From Candidatus Rokubacteria bacterium 13_1_40CM_68_15 (GTDB lineage: Bacteria; Methylomirabilota; Methylomirabilia; Rokubacteriales; CSP1-6): a stretch of 64,000 nt of DNA. Below, one piece after another: positions 9,316-18,783 of the stretch. Numbering within the stretch: position 1 is the first letter of the stretch; the number at the start of each line of letters is the position of its first letter. Made by a program: the position numbers and the translations under genes. The stretch lies in contig MNEG01000048.1 of the NCBI GenBank assembly GCA_001917585.1, positions 23,362 through 87,361 of the forward strand. Reading direction: 5' to 3'. Under the pieces are notes generated by a model. The model was not told the origin of the DNA, ran no database searches, and saw only the letters and a program-made list of their open reading frames with translations.

Positions 9316-10434
9316 GTGCTGTCTCTGGCGATCGAGAAGCGCCTGCCGGGTTTTGCGCTCGACGTTCGCTGGGAGACCGAGGACAGAGTCGCGGCGCTGT
9401 TCGGACCGTCGGGCGCTGGCAAGACGCTCACGCTCCAGTGCCTGGCCGGGCTGCTCCGGCCCGACCGGGGCCGCATCGTCCTCGACGGGCGCGTGCTCTT
9501 CGACAGCGAGGCCGGGATCGACGTCCCCTCGCGGGAGCGCCGTCTCGGCTACGTCTTCCAGGGGTATGCGCTCTTCCCGCACCTGACCGTGGGCGACAAC
9601 CTCGGCTTCGGACTGCGCGGCCGCTCGCGCGCCGAGCGTGCCCGTCGCGTCGGCGAAGTGATGGAGCGTCTGGAGCTTCAGGGGCTCGATCGTCGTTACC
9701 CGCGCGAGCTGTCGGGCGGCCAGCAGCAACGCGTCGCGCTGGGACGGGCGCTGGCCATCGATCCGGACCTCGTGTTGCTCGACGAGCCGCTTTCTGCGCT
9801 CGACGCGCCGCTGCGCGCGCAGCTCCGCGGCGAGCTGGGGCGGACGCTGCGCGAGTGGGGCAAGGCGACGGTGCTCGTGACCCACGACTTCGCCGAGGCC
9901 TACCGCCTGGGCGATCGCATCGTCGTGTACGACCGCGGCCGCGTCATCCAGTCGGCGCCACGCTCGGAGCTCCTGTGGCAGCCCGCGTCGGAAACCGTGG
10001 CGCGCATCATGGGCATCCGCAACATCCTGCGCGGCACCGTGATCAAGGCGACGCCCGACCGCATCCAGCTCCGGTGGCGTGGCCTCACCCTCGAGGCCGT
10101 CAACTCGCCCACCCGAGCGTATCTGCCGCCGCCCGAGAGTCCGATCGCATTCTTCATTCGCCCCGAATACGTGCGACTGATTCGCAAGGACCGCGGAGCG
10201 CCGGACCCCGGCCATCACATGAATCTGATGTCGGGCCGCGTGGTGGCCGAGGCCGACTTCGGGACCACCGTGGCGCTGACGATCAGGCTCGACGAGCCGG
10301 GCCAGCCGGCGCAAGGCGACTACGACCTCGAGGTGGAGGTGCCACGGCTCGTGTACGAGATCCTCGAGATCGATCGCGATCGGCGCTGGCAACTCTCGAT
10401 CCATCGCGGGTCGATCCAGGTGCTGCCGGCGTGA
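9316..10434 (+). CDS. modC: Molybdate ABC transporter ATP-binding protein with a C-terminal TOBE-type domain
   Basis: Walker A FGPSGAGKT, signature LSGGQQQRVALGRAL, Walker B LVLLDEPLSALD, and a roughly 130-aa C-terminal extension. Confidence 0.85.
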   Translation: MLSLAIEKRLPGFALDVRWETEDRVAALFGPSGAGKTLTLQCLAGLLRPDRGRIVLDGRVLFDSEAGIDVPSRERRLGYVFQGYALFPHLTVGDNLGFGLRGRSRAERARRVGEVMERLELQGLDRRYPRELSGGQQQRVALGRALAIDPDLVLLDEPLSALDAPLRAQLRGELGRTLREWGKATVLVTHDFAEAYRLGDRIVVYDRGRVIQSAPRSELLWQPASETVARIMGIRNILRGTVIKATPDRIQLRWRGLTLEAVNSPTRAYLPPPESPIAFFIRPEYVRLIRKDRGAPDPGHHMNLMSGRVVAEADFGTTVALTIRLDEPGQPAQGDYDLEVEVPRLVYEILEIDRDRRWQLSIHRGSIQVLPA

Positions 10435-11528
10435 CCGGCCCGCCGATCGTCGCGCTCGCCGGCGTCCGGCTCGAGCGCGCACCCGGCTTCGTCCTCGAGG
10501 TGCCAGCGCTCGCGATCGAGGCGGGACAGGTGCTGGCCGTAATCGGGCCCAACGGCAGCGGCAAATCGACCCTGCTGCGGGTGATGGGGCTTCTCGAATC
10601 GCCGGACGAAGGGGAGGTCCGCGTGCACGGCCGCGTCGTGGACGCGGCGACGGCCCTGGCCGAGCGCCGGACGATGGCGACGGTGTTCCAGCAGCCGCTC
10701 CTGGCGGACACGACCGTGACTGCCAACGTCGGGCTCGGGCTGCGCTTCCGTGGCGTTCCCGCCGACGAGCGCCGGACGCGGATCATGCGCTGGCTGGAGC
10801 GATTCGGTGTCGCGCACCTCGCCGGCCGTCAGGCCCGCACGCTGTCGGGCGGCGAAGCCCAGCGCGTCGCGCTGGCGCGCGCCCTCGTGCTGGAACCGAA
10901 GCTGCTCCTGCTCGACGAGCCCTTCGCCGCCCTCGACGAGCCGACCCGGTCGGCCCTCGCCCCCGAGCTGGCCGGGATCCTTGCCGCCGAGCATGTCGCG
11001 ACGGTACTGGTGACGCACGACCGGGCCGAGGCCATGGCGCTCGCCGATCGCGTGGCCGTGTTGCTCGGCGGCCAACTGCGCCAGGTGGGTGACACCACGA
11101 CGGTCTTCCAGTCGCCGGTGGCCGAGGACGTGGCGCGCTTCGTCGGGGTCGAGACGATCGTGTCGGGCCAGGTGGTCGCCATGCAGGCCGGCGTCAGCCT
11201 GGTCGACGTCGCCGGCCGGAAGCTCGAAGTCGCCGCTCTCTCCCGGCCTGGCGAGCGCGTGCGAATCTGCATCCGACCCGAGGACGTCACCCTGGCCCAG
11301 GTGGAGGAGAGCGCGGCGCTGTCGAGCGCGCGTAATCACCTGACGGGCACGGTCGCCCGGATCACGCCGTCGGCGCCCCAGGTGAGGATCGTCGTCGACG
11401 TCGGGTTCCCGCTGGCCGCTGCCGTGACGCGACGCTCTGTCGAAGAGTTGGGACTGGCCGAGGGCCGCGCCGTGACCGCGATCTTCAAGGCCAGCGCGGC
11501 GCATCTGATCCGCACCGGAACGTCGTGA
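10431..11528 (+). CDS. Second ABC ATP-binding protein with a C-terminal TOBE-like domain, presumed partner of TupAB
   Basis: GTG start in a GTGA overlap with the modC stop. Walker A GPNGSGKST, signature LSGGEAQRVALARAL, Walker B LLLLDEPFAALD. Confidence 0.8.
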   Translation: MTGPPIVALAGVRLERAPGFVLEVPALAIEAGQVLAVIGPNGSGKSTLLRVMGLLESPDEGEVRVHGRVVDAATALAERRTMATVFQQPLLADTTVTANVGLGLRFRGVPADERRTRIMRWLERFGVAHLAGRQARTLSGGEAQRVALARALVLEPKLLLLDEPFAALDEPTRSALAPELAGILAAEHVATVLVTHDRAEAMALADRVAVLLGGQLRQVGDTTTVFQSPVAEDVARFVGVETIVSGQVVAMQAGVSLVDVAGRKLEVAALSRPGERVRICIRPEDVTLAQVEESAALSSARNHLTGTVARITPSAPQVRIVVDVGFPLAAAVTRRSVEELGLAEGRAVTAIFKASAAHLIRTGTS

Positions 11529-11535
11529 GGCTTTC

Positions 11536-11565
11536 TTGACACTCGCGCGGCTCCGGCGCTATAAA
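11536..11565 (+). promoter_or_regulatory. Sigma-70-like promoter candidate (TTGACA, 18 nt, TATAAA)
   Basis: ttgaca at 11536-11541 and tataaa at 11560-11565, in the gap after the ABC ATPase gene and about 130 nt upstream of the DUF465 start. Confidence 0.4.
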
Positions 11566-11623
11566 CAGTCACCCGCAACCAGGAACATCGGACGGGGGTT
11601 GGGTATTGACCAAGGCCACCACG

Positions 11624-11660
11624 AAGCCAGCGGCCACCGGGGCGCTGGCTTTGCTTGTTT
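11624..11660 (+). terminator. Intrinsic-terminator-like hairpin (9-bp perfect stem, 10-nt loop) followed by a T-rich tract
   Basis: aagccagcg-gccaccgggg-cgctggctt followed by tgcttgttt. It could terminate the upstream transporter operon or act as an attenuator in the DUF465-moaC leader. Confidence 0.45.
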
Positions 11661-11694
11661 CACACCGGTCCCGCCCACCGCACGGAGGCAATGC

Positions 11695-11916
11695 ATGACC
11701 CAGGAGAGCCTCATCGACCGACTGATGGCCGAGAACGAGGAGTTTCGCCGGCTTCGCGACGAGCATCAGCGTCACGATCGCGAGCTCGAGACACTCAAGG
11801 GGATCTCCCCGCTCTCGGCCGAACAAGAGTGGCGGATCACCGAGCTCAAGAAGCTCAAGCTCATGGCCAAGGACCGCATGGAGAGTATCCTCCGGCACGC
11901 GCGCGTCACGGCCTGA
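11695..11916 (+). CDS. DUF465 (YdcH-like) small protein
   Basis: 73 aa. ENEEFRRLRDEHQRHDRELETL...ELKKLKLMAKDRME matches the DUF465 pattern. ggagg lies 7 nt upstream of the ATG at 11695. Confidence 0.7.
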   Translation: MTQESLIDRLMAENEEFRRLRDEHQRHDRELETLKGISPLSAEQEWRITELKKLKLMAKDRMESILRHARVTA

Positions 11917-11946
11917 CGCCGGACCGGATACCACAGGTCGGTCACG

Positions 11947-12564
11947 ATGCCGCGGCGCGCCGGAACAGCGGGGCGCCGCGGCCTTACTCATCTCTCGCCC
12001 CGCGGCGACGCCCGCATGGTCGACGTCTCCGCCAAGCCCGAGACAGTCCGGGAGGCGGTCGCGTCCGCCATCGTGCGCATGTCGCCGAAGACCCTCGAGA
12101 TCGTCCGCGCCGGCAACGCGCCCAAGGGCGACGTGCTGGGCGTTGCGCGCACCGCCGGCATCCTGGCCGCCAAGCGCACCCATGAGCTGATCCCGCTCTG
12201 CCATCCGCTTCGTCTCACCGGCATCGACGTGACGTTCAGCGACGACAGCCGCCGCGGTGTGCTCACGATCGAGACACGCGTGCGCACGGTGGACAAGACC
12301 GGCGTCGAGATGGAGGCGTTGACGGCGGCCAGCGTCGCCGCGCTCACGATCTACGACATGGTGAAGGCGGTCGAGAAGGGCGTGACGATCGAGCGCGTCG
12401 CGCTCCTCGAGAAGTCCGGGGGGAAGTCGGGCCCTTGGAAGCGGGCTCAGACACCAGCGCCGAGAAGCGTCCGAATCGATCAATCGGGGAGAACAACGGA
12501 GCCACGCGCTCCTCGAGCAGGCCACCCACGACGCAAGTCGGCCTCGCGGACGCCGTTCCAGTGA
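11947..12564 (+). CDS. moaC: Cyclic pyranopterin monophosphate synthase accessory protein MoaC, with an unusual basic C-terminal tail of about 40 aa
   Basis: [14 protein letters not shown]...ELIPLCHPL...[23 protein letters not shown]...[10 protein letters not shown] is canonical MoaC. The frame then continues for about 40 low-complexity residues to the TGA at 12562. Confidence 0.85.
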   Translation: MPRRAGTAGRRGLTHLSPRGDARMVDVSAKPETVREAVASAIVRMSPKTLEIVRAGNAPKGDVLGVARTAGILAAKRTHELIPLCHPLRLTGIDVTFSDDSRRGVLTIETRVRTVDKTGVEMEALTAASVAALTIYDMVKAVEKGVTIERVALLEKSGGKSGPWKRAQTPAPRSVRIDQSGRTTEPRAPRAGHPRRKSASRTPFQ

Positions 12565-13691
12565 AGACGGCCCTGGTCTACTCCGAGCAGTGGACGCGGT
12601 TCGATTACGGCCCGGAGCATCCGCTGCGCATGGAGCGGCTCGGTCTCACCTGGCGTCTCATGAAGTCCTACGGGCTGACGTCCCTCGCGAGCACCGCGGT
12701 GAAATCGCCGGAGCCCGCCGAAGAAGCCGCGCTGCTCAAGTTCCACACCGAGGAGTACCTGAACGTCCTCAAGGCGGCGAATACCGGCGCCGCGTCGGCG
12801 GCGGTGGTCTGCCATTACGGCCTCGGCCCCGGCGACAACCCCATCTTCCCCGGGCTCTGGGACGCTGCACGGCTGGCCGCCGGTGGCTCGCTGCTGGCCG
12901 CGCGCCTGGTCGCCGGCGGTGAGGTGGCGCGGGCGTTCCACTTCGCCGGCGGCTTGCACCATGCGATGCCGGATCGCGCCTCGGGGTTCTGTTACGTCAA
13001 CGACGCCGTGCTGGCAATCCTTCACCTGCGCGCCAAGGGGCTCCGCGTCGCCTACGTCGATATCGATGCCCATCACGGTGACGGCGTGCAGAACGCGTTC
13101 TACGCCGACCCGAACGTGCTGACCATCTCGACCCACGAGCGCGGCGATCGGCTGTTTCCGGGCACGGGCTTCGTGGAGGAGATGGGCGAGGGAGCGGGCC
13201 GCGGATTCTCGGTGAACCTGCCACTCGACGTGCTCACCGATTCCAGCGTCTACCTGCCGGCGTTCGAGGCGGTGGTGCCGCCGCTGCTCGCCGCCTTCAA
13301 GCCGGAGGTCATCGTCATGCAGCTCGGCATCGATTCACATCGCACCGATCCGCTCACGCACCTCGCCCTCGACGTCCAGGGGTTCTGCCGGGCCGTGACG
13401 CGCGTAGCGTCGCTCGCCCCGCGTATCGTCGCGCTCGGCGGCGGAGGCTACGACATCGGCAACGTGGCGCGGGCGTGGACGGCGGCGTGGGCGGTGATGA
13501 ACGGTGTCGAGCTCGCCGGCGACCTGCCGGCCGACTTCGTCGACTACGCCCGGCGGCTCCGGTTGCGCATGGCATCGCTCTGGGATCCGCCCGCGCTCGT
13601 CGACGACGCCCGACGCGAGCGCGCGCAGGAGTACGTCGACCGGCAGGTGGACGCGGTCCAGCGCCTGATCTTCCCGATCCACGGCCTCTGA
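12561..13691 (+). CDS. Histone deacetylase family protein (AcuC/acetoin utilization-type deacetylase)
   Basis: The GTG start forms a GTGA overlap with the moaC stop. Motifs: [21 protein letters not shown] and [15 protein letters not shown]. Confidence 0.85.
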   Translation: MKTALVYSEQWTRFDYGPEHPLRMERLGLTWRLMKSYGLTSLASTAVKSPEPAEEAALLKFHTEEYLNVLKAANTGAASAAVVCHYGLGPGDNPIFPGLWDAARLAAGGSLLAARLVAGGEVARAFHFAGGLHHAMPDRASGFCYVNDAVLAILHLRAKGLRVAYVDIDAHHGDGVQNAFYADPNVLTISTHERGDRLFPGTGFVEEMGEGAGRGFSVNLPLDVLTDSSVYLPAFEAVVPPLLAAFKPEVIVMQLGIDSHRTDPLTHLALDVQGFCRAVTRVASLAPRIVALGGGGYDIGNVARAWTAAWAVMNGVELAGDLPADFVDYARRLRLRMASLWDPPALVDDARRERAQEYVDRQVDAVQRLIFPIHGL

Positions 13692-13710
13692 AGAACCGCG
13701 CCCACGAGGC

Positions 13711-15612
13711 TCACGTCCACCGTGCGCGCGGCACGTAGCTCTCGCGCCACGCGTCGAGCATCAGCAGCGCCCACAGGATCTTCCGGTGGTCGCTCTGGCC
13801 GGCCACGTGCTCGGCGACGAGCCTTGTCACCACGGCGGCGTCGAAGAGGCCGACACGCGTCACCCGGTCGGCGGCGAGCCGCGTCTCGAGCACACCGCGG
13901 AGCGGGCCGCGCAGCCATGGTCCGATCGGCACGCCGAACCCTTGCTTACGGCGGTGGAGGATCGACGCCGGCAGGAGGCCGTCGAGCGCCCGCTTGAGGA
14001 TGTACTTCGTGGTCCACCCGCGCAGCTTGAGGTGGGCTGGCATGCGACAGGCCAGCTCGACGAGGTTGTGGTCCAGGAACGGCGCCCGTACCTCGAGCCC
14101 GCACGCCATGCTCGCGCGGTCGACGTTCACGAGATTCTGGTCGGCGAGATAGAACTTGCAGTGCTGGTAGATCAGCCGCTCGATCGGGTCCCGCGTTCTC
14201 GACTCCGCCACCACCCCCGGCAGGTCCTCGTGAGGGTCGAACCGCTCGCACGCCGCTCGGACCGCCGGCGAGAAGAGCCGGGACTGCTCGGACGCCAGGA
14301 GTCCGCCGAGGAGGAGCTGAGTGCGCAGCTCGGCGCCGTGTGGGAGGCCGCGGAAAAACTGCTTGAGCAGGAACTCGGGGCTCCCGTACCGCGCCGACGG
14401 CCGCAGCCGATTCACCGGCCGCGCGGCCACGGCTTGCGCCCATCGAGGCAGGCGCCCGATCCAGCGCGCGCCACGATCAGCCAGGAACGTGGGATATCCG
14501 CAGAAGAGCTCGTCGCCGCCATCCCCGCTGAGCGTCACGGCGACCGAGTGGCGCGCCAGGCGCGACAGCGCGTAGGTGGGGAGGAACGAGCCGTCGACCA
14601 GAGGCTCGTCGAGGAGGCCGCCCACGTCGTCGACGAGGGCGAGCATATCGTGTGGCGAAAATATGGTTTCCTCGTGCTCGGTCCCGCAATGCTGCGCGAC
14701 GAGGCGCGCGTAGGGTCGCTCGTCGAAGCTCGCGTCGGCGAAGCCGATCGCGAACGTCTTGAGGGGCCGTCCGCCCGTCATGCGCGCCGCCAGGGCGACG
14801 ATCGCACCGGAGTCGATTCCACCGCTCAGGAACATGCCCAGGGGGACGTCGCTGATCATCCGCTGCCTGACGGACGTCTCGAGCTGCTGCATCAGCCGGT
14901 CGGCCCATTCGGTTTCGGAGACCGGGCGCTCTGGTCGGAAGTCGAGATCCCAGTAACGGTGGAGGCTCGGCTTCTCTCCGGGCGACACCGTCAGGAGCTG
15001 ACCCGGCAGGAGCTTCTGGACGCCGGCGAAGATCGAGTACGGCGCGGGGACGTACTCGAAGGCCAGGTAGCGCGACAGGCTCTCGAGCGAGAGGACGGTT
15101 GGTACCAAAGGATGGGCGAGAAGGGCCCGCAGCTCGGACCCGAAGACGAAGGTATCGGGCCCAGCGTAATAGTAGAGCGGCTTCTCCCCCATCCGATCGC
15201 GGGCCAGCAGCAGGCGCCGGGCAGACGTGTCCCAGATCGCGAGCGCGAACATGCCATCGAACTGGGCGACGCAGTCGTCGCCATACACCTCGTAGGCGTG
15301 CGCGATGACCTCGGTGTCCGAGCGCGTGCGGAAGCGGTGACCGTGCCGCTCCAGACGCTCGCGCAGGTGAGCGAAGTTGTAAATCTCGCCGTTCTGAATC
15401 ACGCGGACGGAACCATCCTCGTTGGCGAGCGGCTGTTGCCCGGTCTCGAGATCGATGATGCGGAGCCGCCGGGCCCCGAGGGCGACCTGGTCGTCGACGT
15501 AGAAGCCCTCGTCGTCCGGCCCTCGATGGCGTAGCGAGTCCGTCATACGTCGGAGCGGGCCGCGAGCATCCTCGGCCCGTCCGTTCACGAAGAATCCGGC
15601 GATCCCACACAT
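13711..15612 (-). CDS. asnB: Asparagine synthase (glutamine-hydrolysing)
   Basis: N-terminal MCGIAG nucleophile, RGPDDEG, and a SGGIDS PP-loop in the synthetase domain. 633 aa. Confidence 0.9.
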   Translation of the reverse strand: MCGIAGFFVNGRAEDARGPLRRMTDSLRHRGPDDEGFYVDDQVALGARRLRIIDLETGQQPLANEDGSVRVIQNGEIYNFAHLRERLERHGHRFRTRSDTEVIAHAYEVYGDDCVAQFDGMFALAIWDTSARRLLLARDRMGEKPLYYYAGPDTFVFGSELRALLAHPLVPTVLSLESLSRYLAFEYVPAPYSIFAGVQKLLPGQLLTVSPGEKPSLHRYWDLDFRPERPVSETEWADRLMQQLETSVRQRMISDVPLGMFLSGGIDSGAIVALAARMTGGRPLKTFAIGFADASFDERPYARLVAQHCGTEHEETIFSPHDMLALVDDVGGLLDEPLVDGSFLPTYALSRLARHSVAVTLSGDGGDELFCGYPTFLADRGARWIGRLPRWAQAVAARPVNRLRPSARYGSPEFLLKQFFRGLPHGAELRTQLLLGGLLASEQSRLFSPAVRAACERFDPHEDLPGVVAESRTRDPIERLIYQHCKFYLADQNLVNVDRASMACGLEVRAPFLDHNLVELACRMPAHLKLRGWTTKYILKRALDGLLPASILHRRKQGFGVPIGPWLRGPLRGVLETRLAADRVTRVGLFDAAVVTRLVAEHVAGQSDHRKILWALLMLDAWRESYVPRARWT

Positions 15613-15627
15613 CGTCGATTTACGGGT

Positions 15628-17283
15628 TCATCGCGCTGAAGCGCTCTCGTTCCGGCACGGAGGTCCGTCCGCCGGGGTGCCGTTCACATCGGCCAGGACG
15701 TACAGGTCGCCGCGGAAGACTTCCGCGCGCAGGGTGCGCGTGGGCAGGCAAGCGTCGCGGCGACGGATGAACAGCAGCTCGTCCTGCTTCAGCAGCAATG
15801 CGACATGCCGATCTCCGACCAGGCCGCGCAGTGCCTCCACGTTCGGAAGCTCGACCGGCTGCGACGGAAGATAGAACATCAGGCCGGTGGTGAACTTCCG
15901 GTCGAGGTAACCGACCGGCGCGCCGTTCGGCAGCGCCGCGGCGAGACGGGCCGCCACTTCCCTGGTTGGATACGCGCGGTTGACGCCCGGCGTGTACGCG
16001 GCGACCTGCAAGAGCAGCATGACGAGCAGGCTGCCGACGCTCACCGCCATGGCCGCCTCGTTCGCCCGGTGCCGGCGCAGGAGCATCCAGGCGCCGGGCG
16101 CCACCGCGCCGGCAATCGCCGCCATGCCCAGGCCGAGACCGCGGTTGAGGTCCGTCAGGCGCGGCAGGGTGCCGATGGTCATCGGCGAAATGGCGATGAC
16201 GACGCCGCCGACCACGATCACCATCACCCCCACCGCCAGAGGTACGCTCATCCAGCGGCGCTCCCTCGCCGAGCACGTCGCCCAGGCCCACGCGATGAGA
16301 AGCGCGAGTGCCGGGTAGCAGGGCAGGAAGTGCACCGACCGCGGCGACAGGAAGACGCCGAAGATCACGAGAACGAGGCCGGCCCACAGGAGGGGAGTCA
16401 GGAGGAGCCGCCACGATGTCCGCCATCGGCGGCCGAGAATGAGGACGGCGCCGGGTACGAGGAGCGTCCAGGGCAGGAATCCCACTCCGATCGCTTCCGG
16501 CACATAGAGGATGTCGCTGTGACGACGCTCGGTCATCTCGTTGCCGAACACGGCGATGACAGCTTCGAAGTATCTGCCGACATCGGCGTTCCCGCTCGCA
16601 GCCAGTCCGAGCCAGACGACGTGGAGCCCCACGAGAAAGGCGACTGCCAGACCGATGTCCGTGAGCGCGCGTCGGGACCACCGTCCGAGCAGGGTCACGG
16701 CCACCACGACGGCCAGAAGTGGCACCAGCCCGACCGGGCCCTTGGTGAGACAGGCACAGCCGAGAGCGAGACCGAAGACGAGAGCGTGGCGGCGCTTGCC
16801 CTCGTCGAGCCAGCACGCCCCGCTCCAGAACGCGAGCGTCATCCAGAACACGAGCACCATCTCGAGACGGCCCATGCGGGCCCACGCCACGAACATCCAG
16901 CTCGACGCGAGGATGCCAGCGGCCACGAGGCCGATGGCCGGGGTGGCGATCCGGGCGCCGATCGCATAGGTCACGGCGGCGGTGCCGGCAGCGGCCATCA
17001 CGGACGGGAAGCGCAGCGACCATTCGGTCACGGCACGGGGCGAGGACAGCGCCACGAGCCAGTGAAACAGAGGCGGCTTGTGGGCGTACACGCGGCCCCC
17101 GAGATGGGGGATCAGCCAGTGCCCTCGCTCCACGATGTCGCGGGCGACGAGTCCGTCGCGCGCCTCGTCCTTTGTCCACACGTTCTGTCCGCCAAGGTCC
17201 ACCAGCAGGGCGAGCGCGGTGACGACGAGCACCACGAGGGGAACGAGAGCTTCCTTCGCCATCGGTTGCCAGCGCGGGTTCAC
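15628..17283 (-). CDS. GT39/ArnT-like polyprenyl-phosphate-dependent glycosyltransferase (membrane protein)
   Basis: Polytopic 551-aa protein with an N-terminal DEARDGLVARDIVERGHW...HKPPLFHWL loop typical of the ArnT/PMT family. The start could instead be the internal MAKE codon about 21 nt downstream. Confidence 0.7.
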   Translation of the reverse strand: MNPRWQPMAKEALVPLVVLVVTALALLVDLGGQNVWTKDEARDGLVARDIVERGHWLIPHLGGRVYAHKPPLFHWLVALSSPRAVTEWSLRFPSVMAAAGTAAVTYAIGARIATPAIGLVAAGILASSWMFVAWARMGRLEMVLVFWMTLAFWSGACWLDEGKRRHALVFGLALGCACLTKGPVGLVPLLAVVVAVTLLGRWSRRALTDIGLAVAFLVGLHVVWLGLAASGNADVGRYFEAVIAVFGNEMTERRHSDILYVPEAIGVGFLPWTLLVPGAVLILGRRWRTSWRLLLTPLLWAGLVLVIFGVFLSPRSVHFLPCYPALALLIAWAWATCSARERRWMSVPLAVGVMVIVVGGVVIAISPMTIGTLPRLTDLNRGLGLGMAAIAGAVAPGAWMLLRRHRANEAAMAVSVGSLLVMLLLQVAAYTPGVNRAYPTREVAARLAAALPNGAPVGYLDRKFTTGLMFYLPSQPVELPNVEALRGLVGDRHVALLLKQDELLFIRRRDACLPTRTLRAEVFRGDLYVLADVNGTPADGPPCRNESASAR

Positions 17284-17392
17284 GATGGTGCCCTATGCCG
17301 GGGCCCGCGTAGCATGCTCCTTTCCTATACGGCGCGGACGACCACACAGTCAAGGGCGGATGGACCTACGGGAGCAGGCACATCGACGGCGG

Positions 17393-18130
17393 CTATTCGC
17401 TGACGGGGTCGCCCCCCAGGTTCTCGGCAACCTCGTAGCGGAGCAGGCGTGACTTCATCCAGCGGACGACCAGGAGGTCGACCAGCGCCATGAAGACGCG
17501 GTTCATGACGCCGTACTTGGACCGTCCGAAGCGCCGGGGGCGATGTTTCACCGGCATCTCCATGACCCGATAGCCGCGCAGGCGCAGCAGTGTCGGGATG
17601 AAGCGGTGAAAACCGCGGTACAGCGTCAGCCCACGCAGGCACTCACGACGAAACGCCCGGAACGTACAGCCGCTGTCCTCGATGGTCTCGTTGCTCACCC
17701 AGTTCCGGACGCGGTTGGCCACGCGTGAGGACAGGCGCCGGACGAGCGAATCACCGGCCGCACGGTTCACCCGCCAGCCGGTGACGGCGTCCCACCGATC
17801 GAGCTGTGCGAGCAGGCGCGGGATGTCGGCGGGGTCGTTCTGCAGATCCGCATCCATGGTGACGATCGATTGCCCGCGCGCCGCCGCGAAGCCGGCGTCG
17901 GTGGCCGCGCTCTCGCCGGCGTTGGCCTTGAGCCGGACCAGCCGGACGCGGGCATCGCGCTCGCGGAACCCGCGGATGATCTCGGCGCTGCGGTCGTGGC
18001 TGCCGTCGTCGACGAAGACGACCTCGAAGTCGATCCCGAGCCCTTCCAGGACCTGACGGAGCTCCGTCCACAGCGGCTCCAGATTCTCCTCCTCGTTGTA
18101 CACGGGGATGACGACCGAGAGATCGAGCAC
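17393..18130 (-). CDS. Family 2 glycosyltransferase (polyprenol-phosphate sugar synthase type)
   Basis: VIPVYNEEENL, FVDDGSHDRS, MDADLQNDPADIP, and a C-terminal membrane anchor. Confidence 0.85.
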   Translation of the reverse strand: MLDLSVVIPVYNEEENLEPLWTELRQVLEGLGIDFEVVFVDDGSHDRSAEIIRGFRERDARVRLVRLKANAGESAATDAGFAAARGQSIVTMDADLQNDPADIPRLLAQLDRWDAVTGWRVNRAAGDSLVRRLSSRVANRVRNWVSNETIEDSGCTFRAFRRECLRGLTLYRGFHRFIPTLLRLRGYRVMEMPVKHRPRRFGRSKYGVMNRVFMALVDLLVVRWMKSRLLRYEVAENLGGDPVSE

Positions 18131-18152
18131 CGAAGCGTTCGCTCTTCCGCGC

Positions 18153-18782
18153 TCAGTGCGGCTCGCGCAGCAACGCCTGGATGTCCAGGAACGCTTGCCG
18201 CTCGTCGAACAGGCCGAGGTTGTAGATCTCGCGGATCCGGCCCGCGCGATCGATCAGGTAGAGGCGCGCCGGATGGTCGATGTCGCCGTCGGGCAGCCGC
18301 CGCGTCCACTCGTCGTAGCGGGTCAGCACCGGGCCCAGCCGATCACGCTCCGATCGCAGGAAGCGCCAGCCGCGTGGATTCGCCATGAACGCCTGCGCGT
18401 AGCGGGCGAGGACGGCGGCAGAATCGCGCTCGGGATCGACGGTGACCGAGAGCAGCGTCACCGGGCCGGGGAAGAGCTTCGCCTCGGCGAGGCGGCCCTG
18501 AAGCACGGCCATGCGCTGGGTGAGGAGGGGGCACGCAGCCGCGCAGGACGTATAGATGAAGGAGAGCAGCACGACGCTCCCGCGGAGGTCCGACAGCCGC
18601 ACGTCGGCGCCGTTGACGTCGGCCAGCGTGAAGTCGGGAGCCGGCCGGATCACCGCGAGGCTCGGATCGGGCGTCAGTCGCCCGCCCGCTGACGCGGCCG
18701 GCGCCGGCTGGTGGCCGTAGGCGGCGGGAGCCGTGGCGAGGAGCAGCGCCGCGGCCAGGGCACCGAGCCGGCGTCGCCTCAT
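18153..18782 (-). CDS. SCO1/SenC family copper chaperone (thioredoxin fold)
   Basis: Signal/anchor sequence, then LLSFIYTSCAAACPLL (CxxxC) and a downstream His (DIDHPARLYLID). Confidence 0.85.
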   Translation of the reverse strand: MRRRRLGALAAALLLATAPAAYGHQPAPAASAGGRLTPDPSLAVIRPAPDFTLADVNGADVRLSDLRGSVVLLSFIYTSCAAACPLLTQRMAVLQGRLAEAKLFPGPVTLLSVTVDPERDSAAVLARYAQAFMANPRGWRFLRSERDRLGPVLTRYDEWTRRLPDGDIDHPARLYLIDRAGRIREIYNLGLFDERQAFLDIQALLREPH

Positions 18783-18783
18783 G

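Noticed and set aside
11566-11694. A possible Moco (molybdenum cofactor) riboswitch in the leader of DUF465-moaC.
   Set aside because: The context is right, but I could not recognise the conserved Moco-motif core from memory in this sequence. It is left as an unclassified leader pending an Rfam scan, not called as a riboswitch.
11914-11949. The DUF465 gene and moaC are in the same frame, separated by one TGA at 11914-11916. I considered a third readthrough or Sec site.
   Set aside because: DUF465 proteins normally end here at about 70 aa, and MoaC has its own ATG and normal N-terminus. The TGA does not fall on a conserved Cys column. The only nearby hairpin (gaccgg...tcggtc) starts 5 nt after the TGA and has an A-first 10-nt loop, which does not match the geometry of the other two sites. 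Sharing a frame has a 1 in 3 chance expectation.
12435-12560. The upstream ATG at 12435 was considered as the start of the HDAC/AcuC gene, which would overlap moaC by 130 nt.
   Set aside because: The 42 extra residues are low-complexity and lie outside the conserved deacetylase core, which begins right after the GTG at 12561. The GTGA coupling pattern recurs throughout this window. The consequence is that MoaC keeps an odd basic tail of about 40 aa, which might instead reflect a frameshift error. This was not pursued.
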